64,000 nucleotides of DNA from Escherichia coli (GCF_003991155.1 NZ_CP031293.1), one strand, 5' to 3'. Numbered from the stretch's first letter, positions 30,108 through 45,364 are shown. The notes: a model not told the origin generated them from the letters alone. Numbers and translations are program-made.

Positions 30108-30959
30108 TCACGACCTGTGCGGATAATGAGGGTTTAAGAAAAGAAAAAGCGGTCTTTCAAAGGGAGATTCTGAAAACTTTATAGCTCCCGAACTTGATAA
30201 TGAACTATACAACTCATGATTTATTCTGTTTTTATCTTTATAATAATTAGTAATAGGTCTATTATTATATTGATTATATAACAATGTTGAAAAAGACTCA
30301 TCTAATGGCTTTATATAATTTAACCATTCTGGAAGCTTCTTTTTTATTAGTTGATTTTTTTTAAAAGGAGGATGGGTTGTAAATAAGAATGGCGTAAACT
30401 CAGTATTTTTAAAATTCCCTGGCGCTCCATATGTATCCCATATTTGTAAGGCTTTTGTGTAAGATAAAGGTTTTGCCAATAAAAGTGGATCGGGGCCTGT
30501 TCCAAATACACGATAAAAACCAATCAAGTCTGAGACTAAATCTTCTGCACTAAATCCGCTATCAGTATACCAGTTAAAAATAAATGAGTTTTGCCATGCT
30601 TCAAACCTCTTCGCAGTTCCATACATTAACGTTAAGGCAACTCTTGCTTTAAGAGTGGGTGAAAGACATGAACGAACCATAACCTTCGTATAAACACCGG
30701 TATGAAATGTAAGATCTACTCCTAATATTTTTTCCCGAATTCCCATTTCCTGATGATAATCAACAGGAAAATACCAATCATGAAATTCATCGTAATATGT
30801 TGAAAAATGTTCTTGCTCCAATTTTCTTTTTAATATTCTGGCATCTTGTCCCTGAGCATGCCCCAAATCGATCCAACCTAACTCTTCGGTATAAACTAAT
30901 CCATACTTTTTCGTTGTTGCAAATATTCCATCAGTAATATCGTTACGTTTGCTCATCAC
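30108..30959 (-). CDS. Hypothetical protein, 283 aa; candidate effector/toxin of a two-gene cassette, function unknown
   Basis: ORF with GAGGGGAG RBS upstream of a GTG-ATG start; single Cys; AT-rich codon usage unlike the flanking genes; absent from the K-12 araC-yabI interval. Confidence 0.6.
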   Translation of the reverse strand: MMSKRNDITDGIFATTKKYGLVYTEELGWIDLGHAQGQDARILKRKLEQEHFSTYYDEFHDWYFPVDYHQEMGIREKILGVDLTFHTGVYTKVMVRSCLSPTLKARVALTLMYGTAKRFEAWQNSFIFNWYTDSGFSAEDLVSDLIGFYRVFGTGPDPLLLAKPLSYTKALQIWDTYGAPGNFKNTEFTPFLFTTHPPFKKNQLIKKKLPEWLNYIKPLDESFSTLLYNQYNNRPITNYYKDKNRINHELYSSLSSSGAIKFSESPFERPLFLFLNPHYPHRS

Positions 30960-31432
30960 AATCTCCCCTCAAAAAAAACGTATAGCAAATAATATCAATA
31001 AGGAAAAATATTATTTTTCAATGTTTTTTTGTATACAATTCATTTTATGAATGAATTTACAAAGATAGCTGCGCCTGATACCGCTACACTTTTGCCAGAC
31101 CATGTTCTCCTCTGAGGGAGTAACTGGCGCTTTTCATAGAATGCCGTACTTTTTTCAACAACTGCCACATCGAACGGCATTTATGGTGGCGTGAAGTGCC
31201 TGCCATAACCGCTCAATGTGGTGTTCCTACGATGAACAAACCGCTTGATATATTCTCCTGATACAACCGGACAATATGTTCATGATGGGTATCCCGATAC
31301 ATAAGCCTTCGTTTTATTTTTACAAAAAGAAATCGTTGTCGATATTTTATCAAGAAAAAAATAATTCAGGTAAAACGATTCAACTAAAAATAACTAAAAT
31401 TAATCCCCCGTGAAATATATAAATAACGTCAG

Positions 31433-31469
31433 ATGAAGAAAGCAAGGGGGGCCCCCCCTTGCTTTCTTA
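31433..31469. repeat. Long perfect inverted repeat with G6/C7 core at the island-araC junction (terminator-like or recombination site)
   Basis: aagaaagcaagggggg | cccccccttgctttctt, arms of ~16 bp, abutting the new araC stop codon. Confidence 0.7.
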
Positions 31470-32315
31470 TTATTCACATCCAGCCCTAAACTCGCTCGGG
31501 CTGGCCCCGGTGCATTTTTTAAATACTCGCGAGAAATAGAGTTGATCGTCAAAACCAACATTGCGACCGACGGTGGCGATAGGCATCCGGGTGGTGCTCA
31601 AAAGCAGCTTCGCCTGACTAATGCGTTGGTCCTCGCGCCAGCTTAAGACGCTAATCCCTAACTGCTGGCGGAAAAGATGTGACAGACGCGACGGCGACAA
31701 GCAAACATGCTGTGCGACGCTGGCGATATCAAAATTGCTGTCTGCGAGATGATCGCTAATGTACTGACAAGCCTCGCGTACCCGATTATCCATCGGTGGG
31801 TGGAGCGACTCGTTAATCGCTTCCATGCGCCGCAGTAACAATTGCTCAAGCAGATTTATCGCCAGCAATTCCGAATAGCGCCCTTCCCCTTGCCCGGCGT
31901 TAATGATTTGCCCAAACAGGTCGCTGAAATGCGGCTGGTGCGCTTCATCCGGGCGAAAGAAACCCGTATTGGCAAATATTGACGGCCAGTTAAGCCATTC
32001 ATGCCAGTAGGCGCGCGGACGAAAGTAAACCCACTGGTGATACCATTCGCGAGCCTCCGGATGACGACCGTAGTGATGAATCTCTCCTGGCGGGAACAGC
32101 AAAATATCACCCGGTCGGCAGACAAATTCTCGTCCCTGATTTTTCACCACCCCCTGGCCGCGTATGGTGAGATTGAGAATATAACCCTTCATTCCCAGTG
32201 GTCGGTCGATAAAAAAATCGAGATAACCGTTGGCCTCAATCGGCGTTAAACCCGCCACCAGATGGGCGTTAAACGAGTATCCCGGCAGCAGGGGATCATT
32301 TTGCGCTTCAGCCAT
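31470..32315 (-). CDS. araC: AraC, arabinose operon regulator; C-terminally shortened allele (281 aa, ends ..SEFRAGCE*)
   Basis: Start at [15 protein letters not shown]; the last 11 residues of K-12 AraC are replaced by a stop at the insertion junction. Confidence 0.9.
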
Positions 32316-34354
<2,039 letters not shown>

Positions 34355-34364
34355 GGACACGACA

Positions 34365-35867
34365 ATGACGATTTTTGATAATTATGAAGTGTGGTTTGTA
34401 ATTGGCAGCCAGCATCTGTATGGCCCGGAAACCCTGCGTCAGGTGACGCAACATGCGGAACACGTTGTTAATGCACTGAATACAGAAGCGAAGTTGCCCT
34501 GCAAACTGGTGCTGAAACCGCTGGGCACCACGCCGGATGAAATCACCGCTATTTGCCGCGACGCGAATTACGACGATCGTTGCGCTGGTCTGGTGGTGTG
34601 GCTGCACACCTTCTCCCCGGCCAAAATGTGGATCAACGGCCTGACCATGCTCAACAAACCGTTGCTGCAATTCCACACCCAGTTCAACGCGGCGCTGCCG
34701 TGGGACAGCATCGACATGGACTTTATGAACCTGAACCAGACCGCGCATGGCGGTCGCGAGTTCGGCTTCATCGGCGCGCGTATGCGTCAGCAACATGCCG
34801 TCGTTACCGGTCACTGGCAGGATAAACAAGCCCATGAGCGTATCGGCTCCTGGATGCGTCAGGCGGTCTCTAAACAGGATACCCGTCATCTGAAAGTCTG
34901 CCGTTTTGGCGATAACATGCGTGAAGTGGCGGTCACCGATGGCGATAAAGTTGCCGCACAGATCAAGTTCGGTTTCTCCGTCAATACCTGGGCGGTTGGC
35001 GATCTGGTGCAGGTAGTGAACTCCATCAGCGATGGCGATGTTAACGCGCTGGTCGATGAGTACGAAAGCTGCTACACCATGACGCCTGCGACACAAATCC
35101 ACGGCGAAAAACGACAGAACGTGCTGGAAGCGGCGCGTATTGAGCTGGGGATGAAGCGTTTCCTGGAACAAGGTGGCTTCCACGCGTTCACCACCACCTT
35201 TGAAGATTTGCACGGCCTGAAACAGCTTCCTGGTCTGGCCGTACAGCGTCTGATGCAGCAGGGTTACGGCTTTGCGGGCGAAGGCGACTGGAAAACTGCC
35301 GCCCTGCTTCGCATCATGAAGGTGATGTCAACCGGTCTGCAGGGCGGCACCTCCTTTATGGAGGACTACACCTATCACTTCGAGAAAGGCAATGACCTGG
35401 TGCTCGGCTCCCATATGCTGGAAGTCTGCCCGTCGATCGCCGCAGAAGAGAAACCGATCCTCGACGTTCAGCATCTCGGTATTGGCGGTAAAGACGATCC
35501 TGCCCGCCTGATCTTCAACACTCAAACCGGTCCAGCCATTGTCGCCAGCCTGATTGATCTCGGCGATCGTTACCGTCTGCTGGTTAACTGCATCGACACG
35601 GTGAAAACACCGCACTCCCTGCCGAAACTGCCGGTGGCGAATGCGCTGTGGAAAGCGCAACCGGATCTGCCAACTGCTTCCGAAGCGTGGATCCTCGCTG
35701 GTGGCGCGCACCATACCGTTTTCAGCCATGCGCTGAACCTCAACGATATGCGCCAGTTCGCCGAGATGCACGACATTGAAATCACGGTGATTGATAACGA
35801 CACCCGCCTGCCAGCGTTTAAAGACGCGCTGCGCTGGAACGAAGTGTATTACGGGTTTCGTCGCTAA
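34365..35867 (+). CDS. araA: AraA, L-arabinose isomerase
   Basis: 500-aa [23 protein letters not shown]. Confidence 0.95.
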   Translation: MTIFDNYEVWFVIGSQHLYGPETLRQVTQHAEHVVNALNTEAKLPCKLVLKPLGTTPDEITAICRDANYDDRCAGLVVWLHTFSPAKMWINGLTMLNKPLLQFHTQFNAALPWDSIDMDFMNLNQTAHGGREFGFIGARMRQQHAVVTGHWQDKQAHERIGSWMRQAVSKQDTRHLKVCRFGDNMREVAVTDGDKVAAQIKFGFSVNTWAVGDLVQVVNSISDGDVNALVDEYESCYTMTPATQIHGEKRQNVLEAARIELGMKRFLEQGGFHAFTTTFEDLHGLKQLPGLAVQRLMQQGYGFAGEGDWKTAALLRIMKVMSTGLQGGTSFMEDYTYHFEKGNDLVLGSHMLEVCPSIAAEEKPILDVQHLGIGGKDDPARLIFNTQTGPAIVASLIDLGDRYRLLVNCIDTVKTPHSLPKLPVANALWKAQPDLPTASEAWILAGGAHHTVFSHALNLNDMRQFAEMHDIEITVIDNDTRLPAFKDALRWNEVYYGFRR

Positions 35868-35950
35868 GTAGCCGCATCAGGTGTGTAACGCCTGATGCGA
35901 CGCTGACGCGTCTTATCAGGCCTACACGCTGTGATTTTGTAGGCCGGATA
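35868..35950. repeat. REP / BIME element
   Basis: gccgcatcaggtgtgtaacgcctgatgcgacgctgacgcgtcttatcaggcctacacg...gtaggccggataagc; typical REP palindromes. Confidence 0.75.
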
Positions 35951-35959
35951 AGCAAAGCG

Positions 35960-36005
35960 CATCCGGCATTGTTTTCCCCCTCGCCCCTCTGGGGAGAGGG
36001 CCGGG
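35960..36005. repeat. GC-rich palindromic repeat (boxC-like), second copy
   Basis: ccccctcgcccctctggggagagggccggggtgaggggaa; related to 28700..28750. Confidence 0.5.
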
Positions 36006-36035
36006 GTGAGGGGAAACGACCTCTCAGGAGTCAAC

Positions 36036-36731
36036 ATGTTAGAAGATCTCAAACGCCAGGTATTAGAAGCCAATTTGGCGCTGCCAAAACATAACCTGGT
36101 CACGCTCACATGGGGCAACGTCAGCGCCGTTGATCGCGAGCGCGGCGTCTTGGTGATCAAACCTTCCGGCGTCGATTACAACGTCATGACCGCTGACGAT
36201 ATGGTCGTGGTCAGCATCGAAACCGGTGAAGTGGTTGAAGGAACGAAAAAGCCCTCCTCCGACACGCCAACTCACCGGCTGCTCTATCAGGCATTCCCGT
36301 CCATTGGCGGCATTGTGCACACACACTCGCGCCACGCCACCATCTGGGCGCAGGCGGGTCAGTCGATTCCAGCAACCGGTACCACCCACGCCGACTATTT
36401 CTACGGCACCATTCCCTGCACCCGCAAAATGACCGACGCAGAAATCAACGGTGAATATGAGTGGGAAACCGGTAACGTCATCGTAGAAACCTTCGAAAAA
36501 CAGGGTATCGATGCGGCGCAAATGCCCGGCGTCCTGGTCCATTCTCACGGCCCATTTGCATGGGGCAAAAATGCCGAAGATGCAGTGCATAACGCCATCG
36601 TGCTGGAAGAGGTCGCTTATATGGGGATATTCTGCCGTCAGTTAGCGCCGCAGTTACCGGATATGCAGCAAACGCTGCTGGATAAACACTATCTGCGTAA
36701 GCATGGTGCGAAGGCATATTACGGGCAGTAA
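36036..36731 (+). CDS. araD: AraD, L-ribulose-5-phosphate 4-epimerase
   Basis: Start at [19 protein letters not shown] preceded by AGGAG. Confidence 0.9.
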   Translation: MLEDLKRQVLEANLALPKHNLVTLTWGNVSAVDRERGVLVIKPSGVDYNVMTADDMVVVSIETGEVVEGTKKPSSDTPTHRLLYQAFPSIGGIVHTHSRHATIWAQAGQSIPATGTTHADYFYGTIPCTRKMTDAEINGEYEWETGNVIVETFEKQGIDAAQMPGVLVHSHGPFAWGKNAEDAVHNAIVLEEVAYMGIFCRQLAPQLPDMQQTLLDKHYLRKHGAKAYYGQ

Positions 36732-36734
36732 TGA

Positions 36735-36750
36735 CTGTATAAAACCACAG
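36735..36750. promoter_or_regulatory. LexA (SOS) box upstream of polB
   Basis: CTGTATAAAACCACAG fits CTG-N10-CAG; polB (dinA) is SOS-regulated. Confidence 0.7.
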
Positions 36751-36805
36751 CCAATCAAACGAAACCAGGCTATAATCAAGCCTGGTTTTTTGATGGAATT
36801 ACAGC

Positions 36806-39157
36806 GTGGCGCAGGCAGGTTTTATCTTAACCCGACACTGGCGGGATACCCCGCAAGGAACCGAAGTTTCCTTTTGGTTAGCGACGGACAACGGGCCGTT
36901 GCAGGTTACGCTTGCGCCGCAAGAGTCCGTGGCGTTTATTCCCGCCGATCAGGTTCCCCGCACCCAGCATATTTTGCAGGGTGAGCAAGGCTTTCGCCTG
37001 ACGCCGCTGGCGTTAAAGGATTTTCATCGCCAGCCGGTGTATGGCCTTTACTGTCGCGCCCATCGCCAGTTGATGAATTACGAAAAGCGCCTGCGTGAAG
37101 GTGGCGTTACCGTCTACGAGGCCGATGTGCGCCCGCCAGAACGCTATCTGATGGAGCGGTTTATCACCTCACCGGTGTGGGTCGAGGGTGATATACGCAA
37201 TGGCGCTATCGTTAATGCCCGTCTGAAACCGCATCCCGACTATCGTCCGCCGCTCAGGTGGGTTTCTATTGATATTGAAACCACCCGCCACGGTGAGCTG
37301 TACTGCATCGGCCTGGAAGGTTGCGGGCAGCGTATCGTTTATATGCTGGGGCCAGAGAATGGCGACGCCTCCGCGCTCGATTTTGAACTGGAATACGTCG
37401 CCAGTCGCCCGCAGCTACTGGAAAAACTCAACGCCTGGTTTGCGACTCACGATCCTGATGTGATCATCGGCTGGAACGTGGTGCAATTCGATCTACGAAT
37501 GCTGCAAAAACATGCCGAGCGTTATCGTATTCCGCTGCGGCTGGGGCGCGATAACAGTGAGCTGGAGTGGCGCGAGCACGGCTTTAAAAACGGCGTCTTT
37601 TTTGCCCAGGCCAAAGGGCGACTGATTATCGACGGTATCGAGGCGCTGAAATCCGCGTTCTGGAATTTCTCTTCATTCTCGCTGGAAACCGTCGCTCAGG
37701 AGCTATTAGGCGAAGGAAAATCTATCGATAACCCGTGGGATCGGATGGACGAAATTGACCGCCGTTTCGCCGAAGATAAACCTGCGCTGGCAACTTATAA
37801 CCTGAAAGATTGCGAGCTGGTCACCCAGATCTTCCACAAAACTGAAATCATGCCGTTTTTACTCGAACGAGCGACGGTTAACGGCCTGCCGGTAGACCGC
37901 CACGGCGGTTCGGTGGCAGCGTTTGGTCATCTCTATTTTCCCCGTATGCATCGCGCTGGTTATGTCGCGCCTAATCTCGGCGAAGTGCCGCCGCACGCCA
38001 GCCCTGGCGGCTACGTGATGGATTCGCGACCTGGGCTTTATGATTCGGTGCTGGTGCTGGACTACAAAAGCCTGTACCCGTCGATCATCCGCACCTTTCT
38101 GATTGATCCCGTCGGGCTGGTGGAAGGCATGGCGCAGCCTGATCCAGAGCACAGCACCGAAGGTTTTCTCGACGCCTGGTTCTCACGGGAGAAACATTGC
38201 CTGCCGGAGATTGTGACTAACATCTGGCACGGGCGCGATGAAGCCAAACGTCAGGGTAATAAGCCGCTTTCGCAGGCGCTGAAGATCATTATGAATGCCT
38301 TTTATGGCGTGCTTGGCACCACCGCCTGCCGCTTCTTCGATCCGCGCCTGGCGTCGTCGATCACCATGCGTGGTCATCAGATCATGCGGCAAACCAAAGC
38401 GTTGATTGAAGCGCAGGGCTACGACGTGATCTACGGCGATACCGACTCAACGTTTGTCTGGCTGAAAGGCGCACATTCGGAAGAAGAAGCGGCGAAAATC
38501 GGTCGTGCACTGGTGCAGCACGTTAACACCTGGTGGGCAGAAACGTTGCAACAGCAACGGCTGACCAGCGCATTAGAACTGGAGTATGAAACCCATTTCT
38601 GCCGTTTTCTGATGCCAACCATTCGTGGAGCCGATACGGGCAGCAAAAAGCGCTATGCCGGGCTGATTCAGGAGGGCGATAAACAGCGGATGGTGTTTAA
38701 AGGGCTGGAAACCGTGCGCACCGACTGGACGCCGCTGGCCCAGCAGTTTCAGCAGGAGCTGTACCTGCGTATCTTCCGCAACGAGCCATATCAGGAGTAC
38801 GTCCGCGAAACCATCGACAAACTGATGGCGGGCGAACTGGATGCGCGGCTGGTTTACCGTAAACGCCTTCGCCGTCCGCTGAGCGAATATCAGCGTAATG
38901 TGCCGCCTCATGTACGCGCCGCTCGCCTTGCCGATGAAGAAAACCATAAGCGCGGTCGCCCCTTGCAATATCAGAACCGCGGCACCATTAAGTACGTATG
39001 GACCACCAACGGCCCGGAGCCGCTGGACTACCAACGTTCACCACTGGATTACGAACACTATCTGACCCGCCAGCTACAACCCGTGGCGGAGGGAATACTC
39101 CCTTTTATTGAGGATAATTTTGCTACACTTATGACCGGGCAACTTGGGCTATTTTGA
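36806..39157 (+). CDS. polB: DNA polymerase II (B family)
   Basis: 783-aa ORF from GTG; exonuclease and polymerase motifs (YGDTDS). Confidence 0.95.
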   Translation: MAQAGFILTRHWRDTPQGTEVSFWLATDNGPLQVTLAPQESVAFIPADQVPRTQHILQGEQGFRLTPLALKDFHRQPVYGLYCRAHRQLMNYEKRLREGGVTVYEADVRPPERYLMERFITSPVWVEGDIRNGAIVNARLKPHPDYRPPLRWVSIDIETTRHGELYCIGLEGCGQRIVYMLGPENGDASALDFELEYVASRPQLLEKLNAWFATHDPDVIIGWNVVQFDLRMLQKHAERYRIPLRLGRDNSELEWREHGFKNGVFFAQAKGRLIIDGIEALKSAFWNFSSFSLETVAQELLGEGKSIDNPWDRMDEIDRRFAEDKPALATYNLKDCELVTQIFHKTEIMPFLLERATVNGLPVDRHGGSVAAFGHLYFPRMHRAGYVAPNLGEVPPHASPGGYVMDSRPGLYDSVLVLDYKSLYPSIIRTFLIDPVGLVEGMAQPDPEHSTEGFLDAWFSREKHCLPEIVTNIWHGRDEAKRQGNKPLSQALKIIMNAFYGVLGTTACRFFDPRLASSITMRGHQIMRQTKALIEAQGYDVIYGDTDSTFVWLKGAHSEEEAAKIGRALVQHVNTWWAETLQQQRLTSALELEYETHFCRFLMPTIRGADTGSKKRYAGLIQEGDKQRMVFKGLETVRTDWTPLAQQFQQELYLRIFRNEPYQEYVRETIDKLMAGELDARLVYRKRLRRPLSEYQRNVPPHVRAARLADEENHKRGRPLQYQNRGTIKYVWTTNGPEPLDYQRSPLDYEHYLTRQLQPVAEGILPFIEDNFATLMTGQLGLF

Positions 39158-39320
39158 ACAAAAAAAGAGTTCGCCAGATACCATTTTGATGCGTGACGAA
39201 TGCTTTGCCATCCAGTACCATAGCGCCCTTTCCATTCCTGGACCTGAATAACACCACTACCTCATAAGCACGGTAGCGGGTGGTTATTGCCTGCAATTAA
39301 AGATATAGAGCCGAACACAT

Positions 39321-42227
39321 ATGCCTTTTACACTTGGTCAACGCTGGATCAGCGATACAGAAAGCGAATTGGGACTTGGAACCGTTGTCGCGGTGGATGC
39401 GCGAACTGTCACTTTACTTTTCCCATCTACTGGTGAAAACCGTCTGTACGCACGCAGTGATTCCCCCGTGACCCGCGTGATGTTCAACCCTGGTGATACC
39501 ATTACCAGCCATGACGGCTGGCAGATGCAAGTCGAAGAAGTAAAAGAAGAAAATGGCTTGCTGACCTATATCGGTACTCGCCTGGATACTGAAGAGTCCG
39601 GCGTAGCCCTGCGTGAAGTTTTCCTTGATAGCAAACTGGTGTTCAGCAAACCGCAGGACCGTCTGTTTGCCGGGCAGATTGACCGTATGGACCGCTTTGC
39701 GCTGCGTTATCGCGCGCGTAAGTATTCCAGCGAACAGTTCCGTATGCCGTACAGCGGCCTGCGCGGTCAGCGTACCAGCCTGATCCCCCATCAGCTCAAC
39801 ATCGCTCATGATGTTGGTCGCCGCCACGCGCCGCGCGTCCTGTTGGCTGACGAAGTGGGTTTAGGGAAAACCATTGAAGCCGGGATGATCCTGCATCAGC
39901 AACTGCTCTCTGGCGCTGCTGAACGTGTGCTGATTATCGTCCCGGAAACCTTACAGCATCAGTGGCTGGTAGAAATGCTGCGCCGTTTCAACCTGCGCTT
40001 TGCTCTGTTTGATGATGAGCGTTATGCCGAAGCTCAGCACGATGCTTACAACCCGTTCGACACCGAACAGCTGGTGATTTGCTCGCTGGATTTTGCCCGT
40101 CGTAGCAAACAGCGTCTGGAACATCTCTGTGAAGCCGAATGGGACCTGCTGGTGGTCGATGAAGCCCATCACCTGGTGTGGAGCGAAGATGCGCCGAGCC
40201 GCGAATATCAGGCCATTGAACAACTGGCAGAGCACGTGCCGGGCGTTCTGCTGCTGACCGCAACCCCGGAACAACTGGGGATGGAAAGCCACTTCGCCCG
40301 TCTGCGTCTGCTGGACCCGAACCGTTTCCACGATTTTGCGCAATTCGTTGAAGAGCAGAAAAATTATCGTCCGGTTGCGGACGCCGTTGCCATGCTGCTG
40401 GCAGGTAACAAACTGAGCAATGATGAACTGAACATGCTCGGTGAGATGATCGGCGAGCAGGATATCGAGCCGCTGTTGCAAGCAGCAAACAGCGACAGCG
40501 AAGATGCACAGAGCGCCCGTCAGGAGCTGGTTTCGATGCTGATGGATCGCCACGGCACCAGCCGCGTGCTGTTCCGTAACACGCGTAACGGTGTGAAAGG
40601 CTTCCCGAAACGCGAGCTGCACACCATTAAGCTGCCGCTGCCGACACAGTATCAGACGGCTATTAAAGTCTCCGGCATTATGGGCGCACGCAAAAGTGCG
40701 GAAGACCGCGCTCGCGATATGCTCTACCCGGAGCGTATTTATCAGGAATTTGAAGGTGATAACGCCACCTGGTGGAACTTCGATCCGCGCGTTGAGTGGC
40801 TGATGGGCTACCTGACCAGCCATCGCTCTCAGAAAGTGCTGGTGATCTGTGCCAAAGCTGCCACTGCGCTGCAACTGGAGCAGGTACTGCGCGAACGTGA
40901 AGGTATTCGCGCCGCGGTGTTCCACGAAGGCATGTCGATAATCGAACGTGACCGCGCTGCCGCCTGGTTTGCTGAAGAAGACACCGGTGCGCAGGTACTG
41001 CTGTGCTCGGAAATCGGTTCTGAAGGACGTAACTTCCAGTTCGCCAGCCACATGGTGATGTTTGACCTGCCATTCAACCCGGATCTGCTGGAGCAGCGTA
41101 TTGGGCGTCTGGATCGTATCGGCCAGGCGCACGATATTCAGATCCATGTGCCTTATCTGGAGAAAACTGCTCAGTCGGTGCTGGTGCGCTGGTATCACGA
41201 AGGTCTGGATGCATTCGAGCACACCTGCCCGACCGGACGCACTATTTACGATAGCGTATACAACGATCTGATTAACTATCTGGCTTCACCGGATCAAACC
41301 GAAGGCTTTGACGATCTGATCAAAAACTGCCGTGAGCAACATGAAGCGCTGAAAGCACAGCTGGAACAGGGTCGTGACCGCCTGCTGGAAATCCATTCCA
41401 ACGGTGGCGAAAAAGCCCAGGCACTGGCAGAAAGCATTGAAGAGCAGGATGACGATACCAACCTGATCGCCTTCGCCATGAATCTGTTCGATATTATCGG
41501 TATCAATCAGGACGATCGCGGCGACAACATGATCGTACTGACGCCGTCCGATCATATGCTGGTGCCGGACTTCCCTGGCTTGTCGGAAGATGGCATCACC
41601 ATCACCTTTGATCGTGAAGTGGCGCTGGCGCGTGAAGATGCGCAGTTTATTACCTGGGAACATCCGCTGATCCGCAACGGTCTGGATCTGATCCTTTCTG
41701 GCGATACCGGTAGCAGCACGATTTCACTGTTGAAAAACAAAGCGTTGCCGGTAGGTACGCTGTTGGTGGAACTGATTTACGTGGTCGAAGCCCAGGCTCC
41801 GAAGCAGTTGCAGCTCAACCGCTTCCTGCCACCGACGCCGGTACGTATGCTGCTGGATAAAAACGGCAACAACCTGGCGGCGCAGGTGGAGTTTGAAACC
41901 TTTAACCGTCAGCTTAACGCGGTTAACCGTCACACCGGCAGCAAACTGGTTAACGCCGTGCAGCAGGATGTTCACGCTATCCTTCAGCTGGGTGAAGCAC
42001 AGATCGAGAAATCTGCCCGTGCACTGATTGATGCCGCACGTAACGAAGCCGACGAAAAACTGTCTGCCGAGCTGTCTCGTCTGGAAGCTCTGCGTGCAGT
42101 GAACCCGAACATTCGTGACGACGAACTGACCGCCATTGAGAGCAACCGTCAGCAGGTAATGGAAAGCCTGGATCAGGCAGGCTGGCGTCTGGATGCCCTG
42201 CGTTTGATCGTTGTAACGCATCAGTAA
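39321..42227 (+). CDS. rapA: RapA (HepA), RNA polymerase-associated Swi2/Snf2 ATPase
   Basis: 968-aa ORF with helicase motifs ([18 protein letters not shown]). Confidence 0.95.
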
Positions 42228-42238
42228 CGGAGCCGAAA

Positions 42239-42898
42239 ATGGGGATGGAAAACTACAATCCACCGCAGGAACCCTGGTTGGTTATCCTGTATCAGGATGA
42301 CCATATTATGGTGGTCAACAAGCCGAGCGGTTTGTTGTCTGTGCCGGGTCGTCTGGAAGAGCACAAAGACAGCGTGATGACGCGCATTCAGCGTGATTAT
42401 CCGCAGGCAGAATCGGTGCATCGTCTGGATATGGCTACCAGCGGCGTGATTGTAGTGGCGCTGACCAAAGCCGCGGAGCGGGAGTTAAAACGCCAGTTCC
42501 GCGAGCGCGAGCCGAAAAAGCAGTATGTGGCCCGCGTCTGGGGGCATCCATCCCCTGCGGAAGGTCTGGTAGATCTGCCGCTGATTTGCGACTGGCCAAA
42601 CCGCCCGAAACAGAAAGTCTGTTACGAAACAGGTAAACCTGCGCAGACGGAATATGAAGTGGTGGAGTATGCGGCGGATAACACGGCAAGAGTGGTGTTA
42701 AAACCGATTACCGGGCGTTCGCATCAGTTGCGTGTGCATATGCTGGCGCTGGGTCATCCGATTCTCGGCGATCGTTTTTATGCATCACCAGAAGCGAGAG
42801 CAATGGCACCGCGTTTGTTGCTACATGCAGAGATGTTGACGATTACCCATCCGGCATATGGCAATAGTATGACGTTTAAAGCACCAGCGGATTTTTAA
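42239..42898 (+). CDS. rluA: RluA, pseudouridine synthase
   Basis: 219-aa ORF; HRLDMATSG catalytic motif. Confidence 0.95.
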   Translation: MGMENYNPPQEPWLVILYQDDHIMVVNKPSGLLSVPGRLEEHKDSVMTRIQRDYPQAESVHRLDMATSGVIVVALTKAAERELKRQFREREPKKQYVARVWGHPSPAEGLVDLPLICDWPNRPKQKVCYETGKPAQTEYEVVEYAADNTARVVLKPITGRSHQLRVHMLALGHPILGDRFYASPEARAMAPRLLLHAEMLTITHPAYGNSMTFKAPADF

Positions 42899-42919
42899 TA
42901 GTCACGCTGGCGAAGTTCG

Positions 42920-44196
<1,277 letters not shown>

Positions 44197-44225
44197 CAAC
44201 AGCGCCTGACGGCGCTGTGTCTGGC

Positions 44226-44288
<63 letters not shown>

Positions 44289-44294
44289 TGAAAC

Positions 44295-45110
44295 TTATTT
44301 AAACCCTTTCTGCTGTTTTATCAGCTCATAGGCCTGCTGAATTTCCTGCGCTTTCTGCTTCGCCATCTCCATCATCTCTGGCGGTAAACCTTTCGCCACC
44401 AACTTATCGGGATGGTGTTCACTCATCAGCTTACGGTAGGCACGTTTGATGGTGGTCGCATCATCCGTCGGCTTCACGCCCAGCACATTACAGGCATCTT
44501 CCAGCGTCGGGCCACGCTGGGTTTGTTGCCAGTTACCACCGCCAGATTGCTGCTGATAACCGCCGCCAAACTGCGCCCCGCCCTGCATCATGCGCAAAAA
44601 CTGGTCAAACTGGGCGCGGGAGATGCCTAACTCTTCGGCAATGACATACAGCACCGCCCGTTCATTCGGGTGCAGTGAACCATCAGCAAACGCCGCCTGA
44701 ATCTGGATCTCCAGAAACATACGAATTAAGTCAAAACGACCAAAGCAAACACTGCGAAACTGGCGCATCTTTTCGCGCAGCGGGTAATTGTCTGATTTTC
44801 CCACCCGGAACGCGTTTTGCGCCGCAGTACGGGAAGCGCCATGCAGGTTCATTCGGTCCATCAACTGGCTGGCGATATGAATATCAGCCTCCGTGACGCG
44901 ACCTTTGGATTTGGTTAAATGCCCCATCACTTCAAAAGTGGTGGCAAAAAACAGCGCCTGACGCTCACGCTGGTTGGCGAACCACGCCATTTTACGGCTA
45001 CGGGCTTTATCAAACATATGGCCAATTAACAGGCCTAACACTACGCCCCAAAAGCCGCCGCCCATCAGTAAGGCCACGGCCACGCCAATGATTTTTCCCC
45101 AATACTGCAT
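44295..45110 (-). CDS. djlA: DjlA, DnaJ-like membrane co-chaperone
   Basis: Start at [22 protein letters not shown]; C-terminal J domain with HPD. Confidence 0.9.
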   Translation of the reverse strand: MQYWGKIIGVAVALLMGGGFWGVVLGLLIGHMFDKARSRKMAWFANQRERQALFFATTFEVMGHLTKSKGRVTEADIHIASQLMDRMNLHGASRTAAQNAFRVGKSDNYPLREKMRQFRSVCFGRFDLIRMFLEIQIQAAFADGSLHPNERAVLYVIAEELGISRAQFDQFLRMMQGGAQFGGGYQQQSGGGNWQQTQRGPTLEDACNVLGVKPTDDATTIKRAYRKLMSEHHPDKLVAKGLPPEMMEMAKQKAQEIQQAYELIKQQKGFK

Positions 45111-45364
45111 ATATTCCCCAAATCGACACACGGATATCAGGGCTATCTCCCACAATATAAAGGTGCTTTTACCGTTTTCCGGCTGCGGTCAATTGTGGGA
45201 CATCGCCTATAATTTGCATTATCATACCTGTCATTCAATGCCGTGCCTAACACCACTGACGCTATTCGGACAGGATTAACACTAGCGTAGAGATGACGAG
45301 TACGTTAGTCTCTGACCGTTTGTCACGCGCAACGTTACCGATGATGGAACAATAAAATCAACGT

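Noticed and set aside
31433-31469. Similarity between the junction palindrome (gatgaagaaagcaagggggg..) and the SgrS 5' end (gatgaagcaaggaggtgcccc)
   Set aside because: Short, G-tract-driven resemblance; no extended alignment beyond ~20 nt, so probably coincidental.
36762-36790. Hairpin aaccaggct-ataatca-agcctggtt plus T-run between the LexA box and polB, considered as araD terminator or polB promoter element
   Set aside because: Ambiguous: the loop contains a TATAAT-like hexamer, and it lies downstream of the LexA box, so a terminator call would conflict with the polB promoter; left unannotated.
39951-41222. 423-aa minus-strand ORF inside rapA
   Set aside because: Antisense to rapA; long open frames on the opposite strand are common in GC-rich coding DNA; no independent signals.
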